DNA from: Azolla caroliniana
Taxonomy: Eukaryota > Plantae > Polypodiophyta
DNA length: 64,000 nt
Direction of reading: 5' to 3'
NCBI GenBank assembly: GCA_043228905.1
Contig: JBHGNT010000008.1
Location: 11,222,001 to 11,286,000 of the forward strand
The notes below the pieces were generated by a model. It had not been told where the DNA came from. It searched no databases and worked only from the letters and a program-made list of their open reading frames with translations. The position numbers and the translations under genes are program-made. Position 1 is the first letter of the stretch; each line of letters opens with the position of its first letter. Shown here piece after piece: positions 1-9,680 of this stretch.

Positions 1-2930
1 CGGCAGCATAGCCTATGTACATGTGCCCGATGAGAAGCGGAGAAAGTTGGATGCAAAATCGGAAAAATGCATCCTAGTTGGCTATGCTCAAGAGCAAAAG
101 GGGGGTATAAGTGTTATAACCCCCGGATGAAGCAGGTCCGAGTCAGCCGAGATGTCGAGTTTGATGAATCGGCATCGTGGTATTCCTTACCGACTCCGAC
201 TTCCGATCCCGACCCGATGTCGGAGGATGGGGCTAGTGAGCCCGAACCGGCCCAGGTAGAGAAAGATGAAGCTGGGACTCAAGATGAGAGTCCGGAATCG
301 TTCCGGTTAAGGAGACCGAATGAGAGACTGGATTAGTCCAACCAGTCGGATGATGAGACGACGAGTAGTGGAGACTCTGTCGTGCTCTCCCCGCGCAAGG
401 AACCGAGGAGACGGTTCACACGCAAAGAGAAAGGGAAGCGGAAGATGCCGGAATTCGAGACCGGCAATGATGAGTCGGATCGGTGCGTATCTGACTTCAG
501 CAAGGACATAGGCAGATCTTCGGGAACGAAGACTGAACCGGCCAAAAAGGGTCTCATACCGGGTAACGGTGAGTTACGCCAGTCCACCCGCCAGAAGGAT
601 CCCGCTAAACGGTACGGGTATAACGAGTACATGGTGCATCATTATGCGTACATGACCAAGGTTGCAGAAGTGCGTGAGCCGGAGAGCTATGCAGAAGTGG
701 CAAAGGACGCAAATTGGTGTGCCGCTATGGAGGAAGAAATGCGGGCACTGGATGCCAACGAAACTTGGGACCTGGTTGACCCTCCCCGTCACTATAAACC
801 GATAGGATGCAAGTGGGTGCACAAGGTAAAGTACAATGACGACGGTATAGTTAACCGGTACAAGGCCCGGTTAGTGGCGAAGGGATATGCGCAGACCCAC
901 AGAATCGACTACGACGAGACCTTCGCTCCTGTACCGAAGATGACGACGGTACAGTTAACCGGTACAAGGCCCGGTTAGTGGCGAAGGGATATGTGCAGAC
1001 CCACGGAATCGACTACGACGAGACCTTCGCTCCTGTAGCGAAGATGACGACGGTTCGTGTGGTACTGGCGGTTGCTGCGGCAAGGGGGTGGCATCTTCAC
1101 CAGATGGATGTGAAGAATGCCTTCCTTCAAGGAGATCTTGAAGAAGAAGTCTTTATGACTCAGCCCTCCGGATTTCAGTGGGAGGTGAACAAGTCGGCGG
1201 TATGCCGGCTGAGGAAGTCGTTGTACGGCTTGAAGCAAGCCCCTCGTGCTTGGAATGCTAAGATCACACACTGGTTGCGAAAGATGGGGTTTGCTGCCTC
1301 TAAGTCAGACTCTTCCCTATTCATCCATCAAGGCTCAAACAGTTCGGTATGTATCTTACTCTATGTTGATGATTTAGTCATCACCGGCCCAGGTCTTCCG
1401 GAAATCAACCGCGTCAAGTCCCAGTTGTCGGACGCATTCGATATGAAGGACTTGGGGGACCTTCATTATTTTTTGGGGATCGAGGTGATCCGCACCCTCA
1501 ATGGCATATTGCTTTCTCAACGCCATTATGTGTTGAATATACCGTACAAGTTCAGCATGACGGAATGCCGACTTGTCTCCACACCCTTGGACCGGAATCA
1601 GAAGATCCGTCCCAACTCCGGACTAGCCTGCGATGACAAACGGTTCCGAAAAATAGTCGGAAGCCTGATCTACTTGACCATCACCTGAACCGACATTAGC
1701 TATCCGGTTAGAGTGGTAAGCCAATTCATGCAAAAGCCGACCGTGGACCACCTTCAGTGCGTGCAACGAATACTGAGGTATGTAAGCGGCACTAAGGACC
1801 GGGGGCTCTTATACCGGCAAGGTATAACCGAAGAGCTTGTCGGCTACACGGATGCCGACTGGGCTGGCGATGTAACGGATCATCGCTCAACTTCCGGCTT
1901 TATGTTTTCTCTTGGGAGCACGACTGTTGCGTGGAGCAGCAAAAAGCAGCCAACAATGGCTCTATCCAGCACTGAGGCTGAATACCGGGGCGCGATTGTT
2001 GCCAACTGCGAAGCCATTTGGCTTCGACGACTACTGCAAGACATGCGGATCGAGGTACCTACCCCGATCCTGATCTACTGCGATAACCTCAGCAGCATAC
2101 AGCTTGCCAAGAACCCTGTGTTCCATGCTCGCACAAAGCACATAGAAGTGCATTATCACTTCTTGCGTGAGCGGGTCCTGAGCAGTGAAGTTGAACTACG
2201 GTATGTTCACATGGATCGGCAAGTTGCCGACATCTTCACCAAGCCGCTCGGGTCGGACAAGTTGCAACACTTTACCGAAATGCTTGGTGTTCAGCATCTC
2301 GACGTGCCGCACTTGAGGGGGAGACGCAAGGGAAAAGACACTACCGAAATGGGCAAAGGCAAAAAAACTGTTGAACCCGTAGGTAAGAGAAGAACTGGTA
2401 GAGGTGGAGACAAGAAGAAAAATGAAGCCGAGTTGATGAAGGAAGTCGGCACATCTGAACAAGTTGGTGAACCGGGTGAAGAAGCCAAGGGAAGCACGGA
2501 GAAGGCCAAGACTCGGACGTGGTCTAATGTGGTGAGAGGCCTGAAGCCGAAAATTGAATCGGAGGATACCATATTCGGACAAGAGCTGGAACGAGTCGGA
2601 GACAGCCGATTCGGATCAACAGACGGATCCGGATGAGTCGGATCAACGAGAGGCCAAGGAGACACATACGCAGTGGAAGTTGATGCCATCACGGAGGAAC
2701 CGACGGATCGGCAAGCGCTGGAGTCATAGCAGCGAAGGAGCTGAGATGGGCCTATTGAGAAGACATGCCGAAGGTCGAGGTGCGCAGAACCAAAGGGGTC
2801 GCGGCAAACGGGACCAGACCGGACCAGGAGCGCGAGCAAGGCGAAGCGACGCCAGGAGAAGTCGGTTGGAAGAACCGGCTGCCACAGAGGTTGACACTAT
2901 GCCCTACCTCAGGTTGAGCTTGAGGGGGAG
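1..2930 (+). pseudogene. copia pol (IN C-terminus, RT, RNase H, charged C-terminal extension), disrupted
   Basis: ORFs 67-336, 382-978, 978-1688, 1713-2636 and 2554-3027 tile one pol. Frameshift from a 104-bp duplication; TGA at 1686-1688 where Arg is expected. Confidence 0.92.
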
Positions 2931-3267
2931 TGTTGAGCGGCAAGCTCAACCGGAGCCGGAACGGCTGAATAAGCCTGAGCCGGTAAGCCGGATGAATCGG
3001 TATGCCGGTGAGCAACTGAGCCGGTAGGCAGTAAGGACCGGTGAGCTGGGGAGCTGGTATGCCGGATTCAATCCATAACCAGAAGCCTAGTATAGGTTAG
3101 ACTACTAGGCAGTTATAGTCTCGTAGTTAGTGTCAAATGCTCGTGTGAGCATTGAAGTACACCGTACTTCTAACAGTCCCGTGCGGACTTGTATAAATAG
3201 CGCTGATGAGCACGTTGTAGATACAGAGCACAGAGTATTCATATAATTTTGAAAAATAGTGTGTTTT

Positions 3268-3268
<1 letters not shown>

Positions 3269-3310
<42 letters not shown>
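3269..3310 (+). repeat. (CT)n microsatellite of the A1 LTR, 5' flank of LINE-a
   Basis: Direct sequence. Confidence 0.95.
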
Positions 3311-3313
<3 letters not shown>

Positions 3314-6218
3314 GACATGAATGCTCGTACAAGAAGTTTCCAACTTGATTCACAAGAATCTTTCATGCCACATATCTCAAGGATGCAAGAGGATATGCAA
3401 ATGTATAACCGCTCTTCTAGCGATGAAAAAGATCCGGACCAATTTGGGAAGTTACTCCTACAAATGTGCAATAGTACCGGATTGCTTATTGCAAATGGTA
3501 TTTCCTTATGGCCCAACACTAATGGTTTTACATGTAGAAAACACAATGGAAATAGTGTGATTGACTATGTGCTACTTTCCGAATGTATTTTGGATCGTAT
3601 ACATAAATTCTCACTTGGTGAATGGACACCGGAATCCGATCATAGGCCTTTATGTATCGATCTCAAATGTATGCATAGGTTTGATTGTGAGAAGGCTATT
3701 GAAGATAATAAACAACCGCACTTGAGCATGAACCTTAAGCGAGCACCCATGTATTCCAAGATGGTTGAGGATATGTTACAAATGACAAAGATACAACATG
3801 GTGCCACACTAGAATGCAAATGGGAAGCTTTCAAGAAAGTCATTCTCTCATGTACAAACAAATGTTTTTCGACCAATCACACATCTTGGAAATGCACCAA
3901 GAAACTTAGGAAAAAATGGTTTGATAAAGAATGTCATGAAGCTCGAAAGTGCCTTATGGTTTTGGATGTAGTTAAGGATAAAGAGAATTACCAAAATCAT
4001 TTGCATGAGTATAAAAGGCTTATTCAAAGAAAGAGAAGAATATGGGAAGTTACTCAACAACTTATCCAAACGCAAGAGAAAGCACATGCATGTGCTAAAT
4101 TTTGGGGAAATCTAAAGGGAAAACGTGTTGAGAGTTATGGTGACTTAACTCTTCACGACTTGTCTATGCATTGTAAGAATTTATATGAGTTATCTCTTGC
4201 CGGAAAGATGATGTGTTATGGTTCTCTTTCACATATGCCTCCCTTCTTTACAATTGAAGATATATGCATAGGACTTAAGAAATTGGCCTCTCGAAAGGCA
4301 AGTGATCTTCAATGTATAAAGGCTGAAATGCTCAAATGGACGGGAAAGGAAGCACATATATGGATAAGCGATATGTTTAATGATGCATTGCAACATGGTA
4401 TGCCGTACGATTGGACTACAAATTGGATCAAACCTTTACATAAAGGTGGAGATATAAATAATGTAAACAACTATCGAACCATCATGGTTGGCTCATTAAT
4501 GGCAAAACTATTTGGATGTATAATGGAATCAAAGATAAGTGTATGGGCTGAAAAAAGTGGTAAGAGAGCTTATGGACAAGCTGGCTTTCGGAAACACCAT
4601 AGCACCATTGATCACCTTATCACCCTTCGAGTATTAACGGAGGAAAGTCGCCTTAGAGGTAAAGGTTTATATTGTTGCTTTGTAGACTTCAAGAAAGCTT
4701 TTGATATGGTACCTCGTGAGCATCTTTGGAGGCGAATGGAAGAACTTGAGGTGCCAAGTGAATATATGCTTGCAATTTCCCGAATTTTATGAGAAGGTTA
4801 TATGTTGTGTGCGCATGAGAGATAAACTTTCAGATTTTTTCAAAAGCACTATTGGTGTTAAGCAAGGATGCCCACTCTCACCAACACTATTTGGTCTATG
4901 CATTGATGAATTGGAAGAAATGGTTACCAAGTTTGCAAAGGAAGAATGTGTTGAAGAAGTTGCCATTGGGAATGTTGTGATTATGCTTTTGCTATATGCA
5001 GATGATGTAGTGCTTTTTGCAAATACTTTAGGAGATGCACAAAAGCTTATGAAGGCATTGGAAAAATTTTGCATGCATACTAAATTAAGTGTCAATAGCT
5101 CTAAAACAAAGATTATGCTTGTGAAGAGCCAAAAAAGAGATAAACCATGCATTATGTACAACAATGAGCCACTTGAATGTGTGGAAAGCTTCAAATATCT
5201 TGGCCTTGAAGTTCCTTCAAATCATAGATGGAATGAATGTGCTACACGCCGCTTAGAGGCAGGCAAGCGAGCATACTATGCATTTGAGAACACATGCAAT
5301 CTTGGAGATATTAAGTGTTGGGTCCTCAAGAAATATCTTTTCGACACTTTGGTGACACCGGTTCTTCTCTATGGGGTGGAAGTATGGGGCGGTAGCATCC
5401 CTAAATCTATGTGGAAAGAGTTTGAAAATGTCCAAAAGCATTTTCTTACCAAGTTTCTACAAGTTAAGAAACAAACGCCCTACACCCTCCTCCTCCTTGA
5501 GACGGGATCGCTTCCCATTGAGATCATGGCCATGGAAAGGGTTGTTGAATACATGCTTAAGGTTCAAAAAAGTCCCTCACATCGACTTCCTAGAATTGCG
5601 TGGGAAGCAAGCAAAAAGATCCAAAAGACGCATAAAAGCAAAATTTTGTGTTCCGGTTGGATGCAAGATATAGAAAAATGGTTTGGTAGATGGGATGCGA
5701 GACACTTGCTTCATGATGCATCATTAGATTCCTCTGTAAATGAGGCATTTTTGCAACGCCAATGTATCATGACATGGGACAAATGTGGAGGCTCACGCTT
5801 CACACATTATACTACACATGTTGCACCTAACTACAAAACCATATTCTTCGCGGAACGGGGAAATCGTACACATCCATACATGTTAGAGCCCATACCGTTA
5901 TCTTCCATTCGAACCATTGCTTCCATGCGACTTAGCTCACATGCATTGCGATGTGAAACAGGGCGTTGGGGTACAAGTGATGAGAGTGGTCGGTTATGCG
6001 CACTTTGCCCTAAACAAGTTCGCGAGTCTGAGTATCACACTTTGATACAATGCTCTGCCTTTGATCATATTCGACCATGCTTTACACATCTCTTCGATCG
6101 AGCCCAATCTTTGCATGAATTCCTCTCACAACCACAATGTGCACTCTCGATTGCAACATTCATTGGTAAAGTTCTTGAACATCGAGAGTCACTACTCACT
6201 TTCACACATATCACGTGA
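3311..6218 (+). pseudogene. LINE-a ORF2 (partial APE endonuclease, RT, CCHC), single frameshift near 4785-4790
   Basis: ORFs 3266-4792 and 4701-6218 join at ISRI/FYEKVIC across a T run. Confidence 0.88.
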
Positions 6219-6291
6219 AATGTAATATTTTTGGTCTCATAGGTCATATTTGACCTCCGAAGACGATAATAAATCTATCTATCTATCTATC
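3311..6291 (+). mobile_element. LINE-a: 5'-truncated RTE-X-like non-LTR retrotransposon
   Basis: Starts mid-APE domain (GDMNART, SVIDY, SDHRP). RT motifs YCCFVDFKKAFD, KQGCPLSPTLF, LLYADD. C-terminal LSSHALRCETGRW..CALC..EYH..C motif. 3' hairpin and (ATCT)n tail. Confidence 0.88.
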
Positions 6292-6317
6292 TCTCTCTCT
6301 CTCTCTGTCTCTCCCGC

Positions 6318-6350
<33 letters not shown>
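6272..6350 (+). repeat. (ATCT)n LINE tail merging into (CT)n of the host LTR
   Basis: Direct sequence. Confidence 0.9.
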
Positions 6351-6355
<5 letters not shown>

Positions 6356-6390
6356 GTTCTTTCTAACGCTTCCGCAAGCAATCTTTCTCA

Positions 6391-7870
6391 CCTGTTTCGA
6401 CATATCCGGGACGTTCGGGCTTCCGAAGTTCCCAAAATCAATCTTCATGGGATGTCATGTGATTGGATGCTCCCGAATCGACAAACCATACGTTGTTCAA
6501 AGTGGAAGCGGTAGTTGATGCAAGTCCGGACATTGAGTGTGCTTCGTGCTTCACTATGAACATTCTGCCGCGGTCACCGTAGTCGGAGTTCGTGGTGTAA
6601 TTTGCTAGTTGTCGGCCTTGCTCACGCTTCTTTTTCCGACACTCCTCTTCTTAGTGGTTGGGTTTTCCGTAGTACCCGCACTGAACTGGGTTCCTACGGT
6701 TGGTTGGTCCGGCGTGATGACTCCCCCTTCCACCAAACTCTTTGGGGCCGTTTCTATCTGCTTGCCATTGGTGGGAGTTATGATGTTGATTGTGTTGACC
6801 TTGGCCGTATTGGCCTCTCCTGCCGTGACCGTGTCCTCTTCCTCCATCGAAGTTCGAATATAGCATTTGTCCTTCGTGTGCATTGTTCCTTTGACGCACG
6901 TGATTCTCTTCGACCAGCAATAACAATTGGAGATCAAAAAAGGAGGGAGGATTCTCTCTCGCGAGAACGACCGATCTTATTGCGCCAAATCGCAGTGCTA
7001 AGCCACCGAGGCATATCTGCACCATTTCTTCGTCGTCAATGCTAACATTGATCAATCTAAGGGCATCACACAACTCCTTAATCTTTAAGGTGTAGTTGCC
7101 GACTGACATGTCCCTTTGTTGGAGATTGTTCAGCACCTGTCGAGGTTGGAGCTTTCGTGCACCGTATTGGCTGCGAAGATCTTCTTGAGGTTTTCCCACG
7201 CCTACTTCGGCGTTTTTGCCTCTCGAATGTAGCCAAGCATATGATCATGAACGCATGATGCAAGGCAATACAACACACGGCTTGCGGCCTGATCTTAAGC
7301 GGGATAGTCGACATGTGTTGGGTTGGGGTGTGATTCGTGAGCTCCTTCAATGTAGCTCCACTAGCCTTGTCCGACAATATATTGATGCATCTTGTATTCC
7401 CAAGATGCAAAGTTTGTTCTGTCAAGCTTCTCGGTAGGAAGAGTGCTTCCCATTTGAGTATTCATGGTGATTTCTTCTCTGTCGATGGACCAGTTCTGTT
7501 GATTGTCGGCGTGCAGCACAACACAGTCGAAAATGCTTGAGCAAGCAACCACTCGCTCTGATACCATGTAAGGAAATGAGGAGGCAAGAGTGGTTGTAAT
7601 GCAACGGAAGATGAGTGTGTGTGTGTGTCTCAAGACAGAGTGAGAGAGATTGAGAGAGAGAGAGCTCTTAAGATAGAGATAACAAAACTGTATATTAACC
7701 AAAATTACATCAAAGCATAAGACATCCAACAACAACTAAGTTACAAGGGGTTGGTTTAAATACCAACTGAGCTAGGGCAAGTCCCCTTTCTACTATTTAC
7801 AAAACTAGCCCGGTATGTCCATGAGCTAGTGTGAAACCTATCTATGGGAAGTTGAGTTCGATTCTCAACA
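6391..7870 (-). mobile_element. Ty1/copia C1, 5' portion: LTR 7567-7870, tRNA-iMet PBS 7553-7566, degenerate gag and protease start
   Basis: LTR reads TGTTGAGAATC...CCTTACA on minus, followed directly by TGGTATCAGAGCGA. gag LPTEKLDRTNFASWEYKMHQY; zinc knuckle CGYYGKPNH. Homologous to C2. Confidence 0.9.
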
Positions 7871-9111
7871 CTTTGGACCAAAATTTTGTTTCACATCTAA
7901 ATATTCGTGATGGAAGAATCGTATACGCTCAATGGATGACAATTTTTGCCTATAGTCATTATCATTATAATGGTCCCATGCCAACAATTTTGCCTCTTCT
8001 GTAGTCAAGCCCACGTAAATTTTACATTCTGCATACTTGAAGAAAAAGGTAGTAGGATGTTCTCTTACAAGTTGCCTTTGGGCTTTGGCCGAATGTGATC
8101 CACCAATAAGAAAGTAGTTGTATTGGTTGTGCTTCCTAACATCAAATTCTTCAATAGAACCACATTCATTCGGATCAACCATGACTATGAAGGGCATCAT
8201 TGTGGCGTGGGGATTAATCTTCATTTTCTTCTTCAGATTTTGTATGTGCATTTTGTGCGTCTACTTTATTTCAAGAGGTCTTCGTCCTGTTTTAATATCT
8301 ACGAGTGGTCGATGGATGTGAGTGATAGGTAGGTTAAACACTTGACCTTTTCACACAAGCTTCTTTTGCATAATATCTCTTCGAATTTTATTTTGCTTAG
8401 AAGATAAAACACCAAATGATAGTTTAGCTCCTGGTGTTTTCTGAGTTTCTTCATCATCAGTTGAACTTGAAGTCTCTGACTCAGACATTTTAGTGACCTT
8501 CTTCTTGGCCGGTCTCGACTGGACAACCGCCTTTTTGTGTGGCATCTTCGTAGGTGATGGTGAGGTATTTCTTAAGGTCACATGGCCCTGAATATATGGT
8601 CTTAACGTTGTAATAAGATTATTTGAAGTTTGGATGGCGACTTTGAAAGATTCTGGGCCACAAGAATCTTTAACAAGCCAATCTTCAGAGACGTACATTT
8701 TTCGTACTCCCTTTGAGCAATCCACCAACAATATAAATTTTAGGGAGACGGGGGTCTTCATAACCAAGTCGTAATATTCGGCCATAAATAAAAGGGAGTT
8801 CTTTATTGAGTTGACCATGACTCTTAGATTTTGTGACCAACAAAACAACTTTTTTGTTCAAGTCCACATATTGCATTGCCCAGTCTAGGTCTGTAATGTC
8901 TCGGTCTGGCAAATTTTCTCCCCCTACTGCTACAACCATTTTTTTTTTGCTAACTTCGTCAGATGGTTGCTCAATTTCATCGTGGCTAAACAATAATTTC
9001 TTCCCTTTTTTGACATTTGTCCCCACAGGTTTTTTTGAGGTCTCAACTAGGGAGTTATGATATGTCAAATGGATTTTCTTGATAGGATGGTTTGTTTGAT
9101 TCTCAGCGGAC
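7871..9111 (-). pseudogene. Decayed gene encoding a ParB/Srx-fold domain, 3' part cut off by the C1 insertion
   Basis: ORFs 8351-8848 and 7865-8251 are in one frame separated by two stops: FNLPITHIHRP..RPLEIK*..HIQNLKKKM..PFIVMV..YFLIGGSHSAKA..CKIYVGLTTEEAKLLAWDH..RQKLSSIERI, collinear with the ParB N-terminal pattern. Upstream frame 8685-9111 has a possible splice acceptor at 9112-9113. Confidence 0.62.
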
Positions 9112-9440
9112 CTATTATAAAGAAGAAGTCAAGAAATATCACTAAATTGGGACCATAATTAAATAACTTTTGTGTGAGATATCCTCTACCCAAGTTAAAA
9201 CATATAGATACTATTGGAATATAGATGCTTAAAGAACCTAGAGTGAATATTTAGGGACCAAAATGCTAATTTTGAAATGGAAATTGTTTTTCCTATAATA
9301 ATCTTTAAAATTGGTGTTTATATGGATTCAGGATTAAAAGTATAGTCTAAAATCATTAAGTTTTGCTTCATAATGGCAAAATTGATCTTTTTTTACCTAA
9401 GTTTCCTTCGCCAAAAAACTCGTACTTAAAAGTCTCAATG

Positions 9441-9680
9441 TGTCAAGTTGGTGTTCAAGGAATGTAAAATTAATCTATAATCTGCATAAGTTGTCATTTT
9501 AAATGCCAACTCGATACAATATATCAAGTTGATGTGGCATTTAAAGTTTTTCATTTTAAATGCCAACTAGTTTCCATTTTAAACGCCAACTCAATATAAT
9601 GTATCCAGTTGGTGTAAAAGTCTTCATTTTTAATGCCAACTCGATACATTGTATCGAGTTGGTGTTAAAAGCCTCCTTTT
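9441..9680. repeat. Cluster of palindromic repeats (CCAACTCGATAC-N3-GTATCGAGTTGG), probable DNA-transposon subterminal region
   Basis: Copies at about 9506-9532, 9586-9612 and 9636-9662, plus half-sites. The last copy is a perfect 12-bp inverted repeat extended by TTTTAA/TTAAAA. Confidence 0.8.

Larger units (their letters stand above)
1..6390 (+). mobile_element. Ty1/copia LTR retrotransposon A1 (Bryco-like), 5' part outside window; 3' LTR 2931-6390 interrupted by LINE-a; inserted in protease region of element C1
   Basis: IN C-terminus (KGYKCYNP, VSRDVEFDE), RT (YKARLVAKG, QMDVKNAFL, LYVDDL), RNase H (DADWAG, EAEY, TKHIEVHYH). PPT TTGAGGGGGAG ends at 2930, then TGTTGAG. Sequence after the LINE (CTCTCTGTCTCTCCCGCGTACT...AATCTTTCTCA) matches the A3 LTR. 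Host protease codons resume at 6391. Confidence 0.92.

Noticed and set aside
3200-3225. Hammerhead ribozyme core (CTGATGAG) in the A1 LTR
   Set aside because: No suitably placed GAAA core or stems; sister LTRs have only a GTGCTC/GAGCAC hairpin after the TATA box.
3266-3310. LSLSLS N-terminus of the LINE-a ORF
   Set aside because: Read-in from the flanking (CT)n; the LINE begins at 3311.
6391-6402. A1 LTR ending at ...TTTCGACA (6402)
   Set aside because: 6391 onward encodes the host C1 protease region (PGYVETG on minus), and alignment with the A3 LTR puts the end at 6390.
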